Program-made: the position numbers and the translations under genes
Notes under the pieces: generated by a model
The model's database searches: none
The model's input: only the letters and a program-made list of their open reading frames with translations
Told to the model about the DNA's origin: nothing
Assembly (NCBI GenBank): GCA_965243395.1
Contig: CBDEUS010000002.1
Coordinates: forward strand, 896,001 to 960,000
DNA from: Gammaproteobacteria bacterium
Lineage (GTDB): Bacteria > Pseudomonadota > Gammaproteobacteria > UBA4575
DNA length: 64,000 nucleotides
Reading direction: 5' to 3'
In this document: positions 53,037 to 63,711 of the stretch, piece after piece
How the letters are laid out: every line of letters starts with the position of its first letter
How positions within the stretch are numbered: the first letter of the stretch is position 1

Positions 53037-54176
53037 ATGGCTATGAGAAATTCACGTTCACCAATAATGATTTTTGCAGGTGGCACTGGCGGACACGTAT
53101 TCCCTGCATTAGCGGTAGCGAAACAAATAGAACAACATTCTGTGCCAGTAGTGTGGGTTGGTACAAAACGTGGAATTGAATCAAAAATTGTGCCTGATGC
53201 AGGTTATAAAATTGAGTGGATCTCAGTAAATGGTTTGCGCGGCAAGAACATAGCAACTCTAGTTTTAGCGCCTTTTAAATTACTACTAGCGAGTACACAA
53301 GTAACCTGGTTACTCATAAAACATCGCCCTTGTGCAGTTCTTGGTATGGGGGGATTTGTTGCTGGTCCTGGTGGGTTGATTGCTGCTTTATTTCGGAAAC
53401 CCCTTATTATTCATGAACAGAATGCTATTGCTGGATTAACCAATCGGTTACTCGCACCTTTTGCAAAGCGAATACTTACAGGTTTTCCTAGCACTTTTGT
53501 TCGTAAAAACGTTGAAGTATTAGGTAACCCTGTCAGATCGGAAATTTCAAATATTAAGAGGCAATATGAGATTGCCGCTCCAGACAGTCGGCCTCTTCGC
53601 ATTCTTGTTGTAGGTGGCAGCCTAGGTGCACAAGCGTTAAATGAGACTGTGCCACGGGCGATGGTTCAAGTGCTGCAAAATGTTGCGAGCGAAATGCATC
53701 CGGAAATTTGGCATCAAACAGGAGAACATAAACATCAGTTTGCCCAAGAACAATATGCATCAAATCATCTAAAAGCACGCGTAGATGTATTTATCGAAAA
53801 TATGCAAGACGCATATGGGTGGGCGGACTTAGTGATTTGTCGTGCCGGTGCAATTACTGTGGCTGAATTAGCAGTTGCAGGTCTGGGCGCAATTTTTATT
53901 CCTTACCCGTATGCTGTGGACGATCATCAAACTGCAAATGCAACAGCGTTGGTAAACTCTGGGGCTGCAGTAATGATTAATGAAGATCAATTAAATGCAG
54001 AAAGCCTCGCTGAACTATTAAATGACTTGTTGAATAACCGTGCCAAAATTAAAGCGTATGCTGATGCCGCAAGTGCATTTGCTAAACCACAAGCTGCTAA
54101 GGATGTGGCGAACGCTTGTCTTAATGCTTGTTTGGGTAAAGATAATGAAAATATTAATATGGTGAAAGATTACTAA
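53037..54176 (+). CDS. murG: Lipid II GlcNAc transferase
   Basis: GGTGGHVFP, HEQN, GNPVR, GGSLGA, CRAGA, DDHQ. Start at 53037 or 53043. Confidence 0.96.
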   Translation: MAMRNSRSPIMIFAGGTGGHVFPALAVAKQIEQHSVPVVWVGTKRGIESKIVPDAGYKIEWISVNGLRGKNIATLVLAPFKLLLASTQVTWLLIKHRPCAVLGMGGFVAGPGGLIAALFRKPLIIHEQNAIAGLTNRLLAPFAKRILTGFPSTFVRKNVEVLGNPVRSEISNIKRQYEIAAPDSRPLRILVVGGSLGAQALNETVPRAMVQVLQNVASEMHPEIWHQTGEHKHQFAQEQYASNHLKARVDVFIENMQDAYGWADLVICRAGAITVAELAVAGLGAIFIPYPYAVDDHQTANATALVNSGAAVMINEDQLNAESLAELLNDLLNNRAKIKAYADAASAFAKPQAAKDVANACLNACLGKDNENINMVKDY

Positions 54177-54178
54177 GC

Positions 54179-55597
54179 ATGACATTTAATATTGGACATT
54201 TTGCAACTCGCAGAATTAAACAAGTGCATTTTGTAGGTATTGGTGGTTCTGGTATGGGTGGTATTGCTGAAGTAATGGTGAATCTTGGTTATAAAGTTTG
54301 CGGCTCTGATATTCAAGCAAACGTAATGACACAAAAGCTAAAAGAGTTAGGAGCTACAGTTTATTTTGAACATGCAGCAAATAATATAAAGGGTGCTGAT
54401 GTAGTTGTGATGTCAAGTGCAGTCAAAGATGATAATCCCGAAATAATTGCTGCAAAAGAACAGCGTATTCCTATTGTTCCTCGTGCTGAAATGTTAGCTG
54501 AGCTTATGCGATTTCGTTATGGCATTGCTATCGCTGGTACCCATGGTAAGACGACAACAACAAGTCTCGTAGCATCCATTTTGACTTCTGCAAATATGGA
54601 TCCAACATTTATTGTTGGTGGACGCATAAATAGTTTTGCAAGCCATTCAAAGTTAGGCGCAGGTCAGTATCTAGTGGCGGAGGCCGATGAAAGTGATGCA
54701 TCTTTTCTACATCTGCAGCCAATCATGTCGGTAGTTACCAATATAGATTCTGATCATCTCTCAGCTTATGACAGTGATTTTAATAAGCTACAAGATACTT
54801 TTGTAGAGTTTATACATCATTTACCGTTTTATGGAATGACAGTTTTGTGTATTGATAATGAGACAATTCGAGAATTGTTGCCAAGAATATCTCGGCCCTA
54901 TCTGACTTATGGTTTTAGTGAGGATGCGGATTATCAAATTACTGATGTAGAAATGACAGGGACAAAAACAAATTTCAAATTAAAAAATCATGAGAATAAA
55001 TTATGCATCACATTAAAATTAAACCTTCCTGGATTACATAACGTATTAAATGCAGTAGCAGCTACTATTATTGCATTACAGTTAGACGTACATGAAAAGT
55101 ATATTCAACAAGCATTAGAAAATTTCCAGGGAATTGCAAGAAGGTTTCAGTTATATCCCGACATTAGTATTAATGGGGGAAAAATTAAATTAGTAGATGA
55201 CTATGGACATCATCCAACCGAATTAGCTGCAACCATACAAGCTGCAAGGGATGCCTTTCCAAAACAGCGATTAGTTGTTTTATTTCAGCCTCATCGTTAT
55301 TCACGCACACGTGACTTATTTGATGATTTTGTGCGGGTATTAAATGAAGTTGATGCGCTCATACTGTGTGAAGTTTATGCAGCAAATGAAGATCCAATTG
55401 TGGGTGCTGACAGTGCCGCACTTTGCCGTGCTTTGCGAGCACGCGGCAAGTTAGATCCAATTTTAGTAAAGGATTTATCAGAAATTGAAAATACGTTAGA
55501 GCATGTTATACATGATAATGATGTGCTACTAACTTTAGGCGCAGGTAATGTGGGTAGCATTGCTCCTGCATTACAAGAATCATTTGCAATCCACTAA
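54179..55597 (+). CDS. murC: UDP-MurNAc--L-Ala ligase
   Basis: GIGGSGM, GTHGKTTT, EADESD, DDYGHHPTE, FQPHRYSR. Confidence 0.97.
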   Translation: MTFNIGHFATRRIKQVHFVGIGGSGMGGIAEVMVNLGYKVCGSDIQANVMTQKLKELGATVYFEHAANNIKGADVVVMSSAVKDDNPEIIAAKEQRIPIVPRAEMLAELMRFRYGIAIAGTHGKTTTTSLVASILTSANMDPTFIVGGRINSFASHSKLGAGQYLVAEADESDASFLHLQPIMSVVTNIDSDHLSAYDSDFNKLQDTFVEFIHHLPFYGMTVLCIDNETIRELLPRISRPYLTYGFSEDADYQITDVEMTGTKTNFKLKNHENKLCITLKLNLPGLHNVLNAVAATIIALQLDVHEKYIQQALENFQGIARRFQLYPDISINGGKIKLVDDYGHHPTELAATIQAARDAFPKQRLVVLFQPHRYSRTRDLFDDFVRVLNEVDALILCEVYAANEDPIVGADSAALCRALRARGKLDPILVKDLSEIENTLEHVIHDNDVLLTLGAGNVGSIAPALQESFAIH

Positions 55598-55599
55598 TT

Positions 55600-56523
55600 A
55601 TGAACGCGGCTAAGAAGAAAAACACACAAGCGGAAATGCAAGAATATTCTGTGAGAGGGCAGCTTGAAAAAAATGTTTCTTTGGCGCGTTTCACAAGTTG
55701 GAAGGTGGGTGGTTTAGCCGATATTCTGTTTCAACCAGCCGACCTTGAAGATTTGCAACAATATTTGAGTGCTTTAGATGCTTCATTACCCATTACTTGG
55801 TTAGGCAGAGGTACCAATGTGTTGATAAGGGACGGCGGTATTCGTGGTGTAGTGATCATTATGCATAGTTGCATGAACAAATTAGTGAAGGTTGGCGATA
55901 ATTTAATTCGTGCTGAGGTGGGTGTGTCATGTGCAAAGTTAGCACGGGTTTCAGCAGAGTATGAACTGCAAGGCGCAGAATTTCTTGCGGGTATACCGGG
56001 AACCGTTGGGGGTGCGCTAGCCATGAATTCAGGCGCATATGGAAGTGAAACCTGGAGTCATGTTGTAGAAGTAGAAACATTAATGCGTAACGGTGAATTG
56101 CAAAAGCGTAAAGCTGATGATTTTGATATTGGTTACCGTTCTGTTAAAGGATTACAGGATGAATGGTTTGTAGCCGCAACATTCAAGTTTAAACAAGGTG
56201 ATGGAGCCATCGCCAAACAAACTATAAGAGAACTTTTAGATAAACGAAATACTGCACAGCCCGTTGGTGTGAATAGTTGTGGTTCTGTATTTCGTAATCC
56301 TGATAACGATTTCGCTGCACGTTTAATTGAGTCATGTAATTTAAAGGGTTTGGAAGTGGGTGGCGCACAGATTTCTACTAAGCATGCCAATTTCATTATT
56401 AATTCAGGTAACGCCAGTGCTAGCGATATTGAAAAACTTATTTTACAAGTACGAAATACTGTTGAAATGGAACAAGGAGTGTCATTGATCCCGGAAGTAA
56501 AAATCATTGGTGAGGCAGCATAA
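55600..56523 (+). CDS. murB: UDP-N-acetylmuramate dehydrogenase
   Basis: GGLAD, GIPGTVGGALAMN, GSVFRNP, KHANF. Confidence 0.96.
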   Translation: MNAAKKKNTQAEMQEYSVRGQLEKNVSLARFTSWKVGGLADILFQPADLEDLQQYLSALDASLPITWLGRGTNVLIRDGGIRGVVIIMHSCMNKLVKVGDNLIRAEVGVSCAKLARVSAEYELQGAEFLAGIPGTVGGALAMNSGAYGSETWSHVVEVETLMRNGELQKRKADDFDIGYRSVKGLQDEWFVAATFKFKQGDGAIAKQTIRELLDKRNTAQPVGVNSCGSVFRNPDNDFAARLIESCNLKGLEVGGAQISTKHANFIINSGNASASDIEKLILQVRNTVEMEQGVSLIPEVKIIGEAA

Positions 56524-57488
56524 TGGTTGCGCAAGAAAATATTTGTAACTTTGGCAAAGTTGCAGTGTTAATGGGTGGGCCCTCTGCTGAGCGAGAAATT
56601 TCACTTAAAAGTGGGGCGGCTGTATTAAATGCCTTGCAAACGGAAAACGTACAAGTGGAAGCGATTGATGTTGATAGTGATATTTTCAAAAAATTATCTA
56701 CGGGAAATTTTTCGCGTGTTTTTATAGCTCTACATGGTCCACTTGGTGAGGATGGTTGCATTCAAGGAGGGCTTGAGATGATGGGTTTACCATATAGTGG
56801 TAGCGGTGTAATGGCCTCTAGCATTTGTATGAATAAGCTGATGACTAAACAGATCTGGCAGGGCTGCAACATCCCAACCCCCAAATACGAAGTATTGAGT
56901 GAAGATATTAGTGAAGATTATTTAATTTCCAAGCTCGGATTGCCGATGATATTCAAACCGGCATCCCAAGGTTCAAGTATTGGGATGACTAAAGTTAATG
57001 CAAAAAATGAAATTGCTGCTGCGTGGGCCGATGCTTGTAAGTATGAAGAAACGGTTATTGCTGAACAGTGGATTGCGGGTAAGGAGTATACAGTTGCGAT
57101 CTTAAATGGAAGGGCACTTCCAATTATTCGCTTAGAAACCCCGAATACTTTTTATGATTATGAAGCTAAATATCAAGCTAGCGATACTGAGTATCATTGT
57201 CCCTGTGGTTTGGATGAAGAAATAGAGAAAAAAATTCAATCTCTCGCACTTCAGGCATTTAACGTAACGGAGGCATCGGGTTGGGGTCGCGTAGATGTGA
57301 TGTTAGATGATCAACAACAGCCATGGTTTTTGGAGGTCAACACTGTTCCTGGAATGACGGATCATAGCCTTGTTCCTATGGCAGCAAAAGCAGATGGCAT
57401 AAGTTTTAATGAGTTAGTAATTAAAATATTACAAACATCTTTTAAAGAAGATTCTAAGTTAACTTCTGATTTGTGTATGACTGCATGA
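56523..57488 (+). CDS. ddl: D-alanine--D-alanine ligase
   Basis: GGPSAEREISL, LHGPLGEDG, GSSIG, YDYEAKY, EVNTVPG. Confidence 0.96.
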   Translation: MVAQENICNFGKVAVLMGGPSAEREISLKSGAAVLNALQTENVQVEAIDVDSDIFKKLSTGNFSRVFIALHGPLGEDGCIQGGLEMMGLPYSGSGVMASSICMNKLMTKQIWQGCNIPTPKYEVLSEDISEDYLISKLGLPMIFKPASQGSSIGMTKVNAKNEIAAAWADACKYEETVIAEQWIAGKEYTVAILNGRALPIIRLETPNTFYDYEAKYQASDTEYHCPCGLDEEIEKKIQSLALQAFNVTEASGWGRVDVMLDDQQQPWFLEVNTVPGMTDHSLVPMAAKADGISFNELVIKILQTSFKEDSKLTSDLCMTA

Positions 57489-58324
57489 AACGTAAGAAAC
57501 AAGTAAGTCGAAGACGAAATACGGTCAGACGTAAAAAAATTACCGTGCAAGCATTTTCTATGCGCGATGTTTGGGATGTCGTTGTAGTGATTATGTTATT
57601 AATTGTCATTGTGTACTTTTCTACTTATGTTCGAAATAATCAGCACTTTGTTGCAGCATGGCCTTTAATTGAACATGTAAATATTAGTGGCGAAGTTGAT
57701 GCGGTTGACCTTCTGGCATTAAAAGCTATTATTCGCAACCACAGTGCAGGTGGATTTTTACACGTGCAAATGGATCAACTTGAAAAAGCACTAGAAAAAT
57801 TAACCTGGGTACATAAAGCATCTGTGCAACGATATTGGCCAGATACACTAAGTGTGAAAATTTTGCAGCATAGTCCTATTGCTCGTTGGGGCGACGAAGG
57901 ACTTATGAATGCATATGGAGATTTATTTTTTCCGACTGATGTCAATGCATATCAACATTTGCCTATGCTTTATGGTGAAGAGGTTAGAGCGAAAGATTTG
58001 GCGCGTACATTTGAAAATAGTATGCAACAGTTAGAACCACTTGGTATGAAATTGCGTGGACTATTTGAGGATGAACGTCAATCTAAACATTTAGTGTTGT
58101 CGGATGGGTTGGTGATATCGATTGGAGATGGAGAGGTTGCTAAAAAGATCGATAGATTTATTACAGCGTATGAGCAATATCTATCTACGAACATTACAGA
58201 AGTCAAAAAAATCGACTTGAGATATACCAATGGTTTGGCGATTGAATGGAAAAGCCCTCAATTCGTTCATAACTTAAATCAAAATCCATATTCAAATATT
58301 CATTCCTTGGAACCCAGTTTATGA
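57485..58324 (+). CDS. ftsQ: Cell division protein FtsQ
   Basis: Basic N-terminus, TM helix, POTRA (WV...WPD), DLRYTNGLAI. Start placed at the ATGA overlap with ddl. Confidence 0.92.
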   Translation: MKRKKQVSRRRNTVRRKKITVQAFSMRDVWDVVVVIMLLIVIVYFSTYVRNNQHFVAAWPLIEHVNISGEVDAVDLLALKAIIRNHSAGGFLHVQMDQLEKALEKLTWVHKASVQRYWPDTLSVKILQHSPIARWGDEGLMNAYGDLFFPTDVNAYQHLPMLYGEEVRAKDLARTFENSMQQLEPLGMKLRGLFEDERQSKHLVLSDGLVISIGDGEVAKKIDRFITAYEQYLSTNITEVKKIDLRYTNGLAIEWKSPQFVHNLNQNPYSNIHSLEPSL

Positions 58325-59556
58325 GTCGTAAAGTCGATAAAAGTATGATCGTTGGGTTGGATATTGGAACTTCTAAGATTACCGCCATAGTGGGCGAAGT
58401 AAACGAAGATAATCAATTAGAGATTGTTGGAATCGGTTCACATCCTTCGCGCGGCCTTAAAAAGGGTGTTGTTGTAAATATCGAGTCGACCGTACAGTCG
58501 ATCCAGCGATGTATAGAAGAAGCGGAATTAATGGCAGGTTGTCAAATTCATTCAGTATTTGCAGGAATCGCCGGTAGTCACATACGTAGTATGAATTCAC
58601 ATGGAATTGTTGCAATTAAAGATCGTGAAGTTTCCGCTAATGATGTGGAACGAGTTATTGATGCTGCAAGAGCGGTTGCGATTCCAGCGGATCAGCGTGT
58701 ATTACACGTTATGCCTCAAGAATTTGTGATTGATCAGCAAGAAGGTATTCGTGAACCGGTAGGGATGTCTGGAGTACGTCTTGAGGCAAAAGTGCATCTG
58801 GTAACAGGAGCTGAAAGCGCAGCTCAAAATATTATTAAATGTGTACGTCGATGTGGTTTGGAAGTCGACGACATTATTCTGGAGCAACTTGCATCCAGCT
58901 ATTCTGTGTTAACGGATGATGAAAAAGAGCTGGGAATTTGTTTAGTGGATATAGGAGGCGGTACAACAGACGTTGCGGTGTTTACTGAAGGTGCAATTAA
59001 GCACACTTCAGTAATTCCTATTGCAGGTGATCAAGTTACAAATGATATTGCTGTCGCTATGCGTACTCCTACTCAATATGCTGAAGAGATCAAAATTAAA
59101 TATGCTTGTGCCTTGCGACAACTTGCAAATCCCGATGACACAATTGAAGTACCCAGCGTAGGTGATCGTGAACCACGTCGGTTATCGCGACAAACGCTCG
59201 CAGAGGTAGTTGAACCACGTTATGAAGAGTTGTTGTCCTTGGTACATGCGGAATTACGTCGCAGTGGTTTTGAAGATTTAGTCGCAGCAGGTGTTGTGCT
59301 AACCGGTGGAAGCTCAAAAATGGAAGGGGTAGTTGATTTAGCGGAAGAAGTATTCCATATGCCTGTGCGTCTAGGACTACCTCAATATGTAACGGGTCTG
59401 GTAGACGTAGTGCGTAATCCAATTCATGCAACAGGTGTGGGCTTGTTGTTGTTTGGGCATAAAAATCAGCATATGGGAGAGACTTCATTATTTAGTGATT
59501 CAAATGTAGGTAGTGCATTAAAGAGGATGAAGAATTGGTTTCAGGGGAGTTTTTAG
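58321..59556 (+). CDS. ftsA: Cell division protein FtsA
   Basis: GLDIGTSK, GMSGVRLE, DIGGGTTD, LTGG, C-terminal amphipathic helix KNWF. Confidence 0.98.
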   Translation: MSRKVDKSMIVGLDIGTSKITAIVGEVNEDNQLEIVGIGSHPSRGLKKGVVVNIESTVQSIQRCIEEAELMAGCQIHSVFAGIAGSHIRSMNSHGIVAIKDREVSANDVERVIDAARAVAIPADQRVLHVMPQEFVIDQQEGIREPVGMSGVRLEAKVHLVTGAESAAQNIIKCVRRCGLEVDDIILEQLASSYSVLTDDEKELGICLVDIGGGTTDVAVFTEGAIKHTSVIPIAGDQVTNDIAVAMRTPTQYAEEIKIKYACALRQLANPDDTIEVPSVGDREPRRLSRQTLAEVVEPRYEELLSLVHAELRRSGFEDLVAAGVVLTGGSSKMEGVVDLAEEVFHMPVRLGLPQYVTGLVDVVRNPIHATGVGLLLFGHKNQHMGETSLFSDSNVGSALKRMKNWFQGSF

Positions 59557-59624
59557 TTGCTCGATTTAATACGGGCTCATTACTTAATTTTTAGCATGTA
59601 AATGTAAACTAGAGGAGAAGCATC

Positions 59625-60812
59625 ATGTTTGAATTAATGGACGCATACAGCCAAAGTGCTGTGATAAAGGTAATTGGTGTTGGCGGCGGTGGCGGTAATG
59701 CCGTACAGCATATGGTGAACTCAGCAATTGAAGGAGTTGACTTCGTATGTGCGAACACTGACTCGCAGGCATTAAAAAATACTAATGCCAAAACTGTGTT
59801 GCAGATGGGGAGTGAGATTACTAAAGGATTGGGCGCAGGCGCCAACCCTGTAGTGGGTCGTGAAGCGGCGATTGAAGATCGTGACCGTATTCACGATGTG
59901 ATTGCCGGTGCGGATATGTTATTCATCACGGCAGGGATGGGGGGCGGAACCGGTACGGGTGCCGCGCCTGTTGTTGCCGAGGTTGCAAAAGAATTAGGTA
60001 TCTTAACGGTGGCTGTGGTAACCAAACCTTTTCCGTTTGAAGGATCAAAACGTATGCAGATTGCGGATACCGGAATTGAAGAACTCAGTAAACATGTAGA
60101 TTCATTAATTACGATACCGAATGAAAAACTGTTAACTGTTTTAGGAAAAGATACAAATTTACTTGAAGCATTTAAATCTGCAAATGATGTATTACATGGT
60201 GCAGTTCAAGGGATCGCCGAACTTATAACTTGTCCGGGTTTAATTAATGTTGATTTTGCAGATGTGCGAACAGTAATGTCAGAAATGGGTATGGCTATGA
60301 TGGGTTCTGGATTATCTGTAGGTACTGAACGTGCTCGTGAAGCTGCAGAGTCAGCAATCTCAAGTCCATTACTTGAAGATGTAAATATTTCTGGTGCCAA
60401 AGGAATTCTGGTTAATGTTACTGCAAGTACCAGTCTCTCTATTGGAGAGTTTGAAGAAGTCGGAAACCACATCAAGGGTCTCGCTTCGGATGATGCAACA
60501 GTGGTAGTAGGTACTGTAATCGATGAATCGATGGCAGATAACCTTCGCGTTACCCTGGTGGCGACAGGAATAGGTTCGCAGAATATGGCTATACCAAGTA
60601 GACCTACTGTGAAGTTAGTGGAAACAACACCTAAGAAAATCATAGAAGATCCAGCAGTAATGGATATGGAGGAAGAGCTTGAAGCACCTGTTGCGATACG
60701 TGCCGAGAATCGTGCCAAACCCGCAATAGAGGCTAAGCCTAGCGAGAAAGATGATGACTACGATCTGGATTACTTGGATATTCCAGCTTTTTTGCGCAGA
60801 CAGGCGGATTAG
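59625..60812 (+). CDS. ftsZ: Cell division protein FtsZ
   Basis: GVGGGGGNA, tubulin motif GGGTGTG, C-terminal peptide [12 protein letters not shown]. Confidence 0.99.
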   Translation: MFELMDAYSQSAVIKVIGVGGGGGNAVQHMVNSAIEGVDFVCANTDSQALKNTNAKTVLQMGSEITKGLGAGANPVVGREAAIEDRDRIHDVIAGADMLFITAGMGGGTGTGAAPVVAEVAKELGILTVAVVTKPFPFEGSKRMQIADTGIEELSKHVDSLITIPNEKLLTVLGKDTNLLEAFKSANDVLHGAVQGIAELITCPGLINVDFADVRTVMSEMGMAMMGSGLSVGTERAREAAESAISSPLLEDVNISGAKGILVNVTASTSLSIGEFEEVGNHIKGLASDDATVVVGTVIDESMADNLRVTLVATGIGSQNMAIPSRPTVKLVETTPKKIIEDPAVMDMEEELEAPVAIRAENRAKPAIEAKPSEKDDDYDLDYLDIPAFLRRQAD

Positions 60813-60852
60813 GAGCCTAATCCAGAATCGTTGGTAAAACTGTTCAGATTGC

Positions 60853-60865
60853 TAAGTGGTTGATT
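60853..60865 (-). promoter_or_regulatory. Putative IHF binding site upstream of lpxC
   Basis: TAAGTGGTTGATT reads AATCAACCACTTA on the minus strand, an exact match to WATCAANNNNTTR. Confidence 0.5.
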
Positions 60866-61102
60866 TAATTTTGGTCTTTTAAGAGGTTAAAAGGAACCAA
60901 ATGTCCTATGAAGGTTCCAACCTCCTAACAGCGAAGCTGTAGGATTTATGTAATAATATCGCCACTCTTTAAGGGTGTCGTCAAATGAGCCAAATAAGGG
61001 TGTTTGTATGCCACAAGGATATGGTTATGAGCATCCAAATAGGGGTGTCCAATTAAGGCCCGTAATCAAATAGGATTAGCGATCGAATAGGACTTACGAT
61101 CC

Positions 61103-62020
61103 GTGATAAAACAAAGAACACTTAAAAATGTAATCCGCGCAACTGGCGTAGGCTTACATACGGGTAAAAAAGTTTACTTAACTTTACGACCTGCACCTAT
61201 TAACACAGGTGTAGTCTTCCGTCGTATAGACCTAGACCCTCCCGTAGAAATAAAAGCCAGTCCTGAAAACGTAGGAGATACCAGTTTATCGACTACTTTA
61301 GTAGCAGGTGATGTGCGTATATCTACTGTTGAGCACTTGCTTTCAGCTATCGCTGGTCTTGGTATTGATAATGCTTATGTAGATGTGAGTGCTGCCGAAG
61401 TTCCCATCATGGATGGCAGTGCGGGTCCATTTGTATTTCTTGTTCAGTCTGCCGGTATTATTGAACAAAATGCGCCTAAGAAATTTATTCGTATAATTAA
61501 GTCTGTTGAGATTAAAGAAGAGGATAAGTGGGCAAGATTCGATCCATTCGATGGATTCAAAGTGGGTTTCACAATCGATTTTGACCATCCGGTATTCCAA
61601 GCGGCGCCTCAAAAAGCCGAGCTCGATTTTTCTACAACTTCTTTTGTAAAAGAAGTATCCCGCTCGCGAACATTTGGCTTTATGCGAGATTTTGAAACAT
61701 TGCGTTCTAAAAATCTTGCTTTGGGAGGCAGCTTAGATAATTCTATCGCTGTTGATGATCACCGCATCCTTAATGAAGACGGCCTGCGTTACGAGGATGA
61801 GTTTGTAAAACATAAAATTCTCGATGCAATTGGTGATTTATACCTACTTGGTCATAGCTTAATCGGTGCTTTTAGTGGTTATAAATCTGGTCATGCATTG
61901 AATAATAAATTACTACGTCAACTTGTCGCGGTAACGGATGCCTGGGAAGAAGTGACTTTCGAAGATGACGCGGAAAACGTCCCGATTTTCTACAGTCGAC
62001 CTATTAGTGCAAGTGCTTAA
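61103..62020 (+). CDS. lpxC: UDP-3-O-acyl-GlcNAc deacetylase
   Basis: [40 protein letters not shown]. Confidence 0.98.
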   Translation: MIKQRTLKNVIRATGVGLHTGKKVYLTLRPAPINTGVVFRRIDLDPPVEIKASPENVGDTSLSTTLVAGDVRISTVEHLLSAIAGLGIDNAYVDVSAAEVPIMDGSAGPFVFLVQSAGIIEQNAPKKFIRIIKSVEIKEEDKWARFDPFDGFKVGFTIDFDHPVFQAAPQKAELDFSTTSFVKEVSRSRTFGFMRDFETLRSKNLALGGSLDNSIAVDDHRILNEDGLRYEDEFVKHKILDAIGDLYLLGHSLIGAFSGYKSGHALNNKLLRQLVAVTDAWEEVTFEDDAENVPIFYSRPISASA

Positions 62021-62079
62021 GACGCGAATTTCGCGACTTATTTAATCCCTATTATTTAATCAAATCGCTCGATTAAAAA

Positions 62080-62505
62080 TTAGTCAAATTTGCCTCGGTT
62101 AGCCAGCTTTTGCATGGCTTTTTGGAGCTCTAAATCCTTGATATTACTGGCACATTGATAGATGTGATTGGCAGTATTTGAGGATAAATTTCGCGCACTC
62201 ATCGGATGGTTACCACCACTGATAACGTTACTTATTTTAACCTTTATTTGATTCAAGTATTCCTTTACAGTAAGACTTAGTTCTTGATTCAGCTGTTTGA
62301 GTATCTCGCGTTGCTGAAATCGAATAATACTAGCCCGATTGGGGTCATCTGTGATGATCGTCAGGGTGCGGTTATCGATACTAGCAACCCAACAGTGTCT
62401 GGCTAAGTCCTCAGGTAACTGCATTCTAATGCTCAGGGTGAGCCTATGTAGCAGTTTAGCCTTTTTTTGCAGATCAACACTGATGTATGAAGAGCATTTT
62501 TGCAT
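62080..62505 (-). CDS. DciA (DUF721) helicase-loading family protein
   Basis: LPEDLARHCWVA...RFQQREIL..L pattern; inverted between lpxC and the M23-secA genes, its usual position. Confidence 0.7.
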   Translation of the reverse strand: MQKCSSYISVDLQKKAKLLHRLTLSIRMQLPEDLARHCWVASIDNRTLTIITDDPNRASIIRFQQREILKQLNQELSLTVKEYLNQIKVKISNVISGGNHPMSARNLSSNTANHIYQCASNIKDLELQKAMQKLANRGKFD

Positions 62506-62590
62506 CAGTTTTTATTACATGGAATGTAACTAATGTTGAAGCCAGCTTTATTGAACATGGACTACAGATAATAAATATAAAAAGTTTAAA

Positions 62591-63499
62591 ATGAACATTA
62601 TCATTTTCCCACGTCCGCAAACAAATCATGTCTATGCAAAACCCATGCATGGATTGAATAAGATTTCTTTGATTTTTGGAATAATTGCAGTTTCGGCGGT
62701 TTTATTGGGTGGTGGGTATTTGCTAGGTATCTCATATGGCCATAAAACGATCATAAACGAATGGAAAGCGGATGTAAGTGCTCAAAATGAGCGTCTGCAA
62801 CTAGCTAAGCGTGAGAGTGAAACTCATGTAGACGCTTTAACGACTAAAGTTGGTCTACTGCAAGCGCATATTAATCGTATTGATGCGCTAGGCAATATGT
62901 TAGTTAGCATGGCAGGTCTCGATTCAGAAGAATTTAGCTTTGATGCTACCCCAGGTGTGGGTGGTGCAGGTTCAGCAATAGAGAATGATCAGGATGTTGA
63001 TATGGAAATTGATGCTGTCCTGGCAAGACTCAATGCGGAAATTGAAAACCGTGAATATCAATTAAGTGTTTTAAATGATTTACTGATTGATGAAAAATTA
63101 GAGCAAGAAACTCGTCCGCAGGGGCGTCCAGTCATTCATGGTTGGATTTCTTCATATTTCGGCAAACGTACTAGTCCATTTTCCGGCAAGACAGAGATGC
63201 ATCGTGGTGTGGATTTTGCGGGAAAGACCGGCAATGATGTGGTATCAGTAGCCGGGGGTGTGGTAACTAAAGCAGGCAAAAAAGGGGCTTATGGTTACTT
63301 AGTTGAGGTGGATCATGGCAACGGTTATATAACTCGCTATGGCCACAATCAAATGGTATTGGTTCAGGTAGGAGAAGCAATTAAGCGCGGTCAGGTGATC
63401 GCTAAGCTGGGTAGTACCGGTCGATCTACAGGGCCACATGTGCATTTCGAAGTTATCAAAGATGGTGCACGAATCGATCCTATGAAGTTTATTGAATAG
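62591..63499 (+). CDS. M23 family metallopeptidase with TM anchor and coiled coil
   Basis: HRGVD (HxxxD), YGH, STGPHVHFEV (HxH); upstream of secA. Confidence 0.93.
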   Translation: MNIIIFPRPQTNHVYAKPMHGLNKISLIFGIIAVSAVLLGGGYLLGISYGHKTIINEWKADVSAQNERLQLAKRESETHVDALTTKVGLLQAHINRIDALGNMLVSMAGLDSEEFSFDATPGVGGAGSAIENDQDVDMEIDAVLARLNAEIENREYQLSVLNDLLIDEKLEQETRPQGRPVIHGWISSYFGKRTSPFSGKTEMHRGVDFAGKTGNDVVSVAGGVVTKAGKKGAYGYLVEVDHGNGYITRYGHNQMVLVQVGEAIKRGQVIAKLGSTGRSTGPHVHFEVIKDGARIDPMKFIE

Positions 63500-63711
63500 G
63501 AAAAGTCCTAGAATAAATTGTATCTCTGTATCGATTGAATTATAGATAGTATCGCTTTGTTATTTCTTTCTTTAGGCTAGTGTATACTTCCCTGCTAGCT
63601 TCAAACGTAAAACTTATATTTGTTCACTAAAATTATTAGATTTGGTTCATTCTGCAATATTGTGGAAGTTGTACCGATCTTTTAACACACGTCTAGTATT
63701 AAAATTAACGT

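Noticed and set aside
60206-60718. 170-aa antisense ORF in ftsZ and the many other short antisense or overlapping ORFs
   Set aside because: Shadows of conserved genes; no SD, motif or context support.
63500-63711. SecM-like arrest peptide upstream of secA
   Set aside because: No ATG-initiated ORF or signal peptide is visible in this AT-rich gap.
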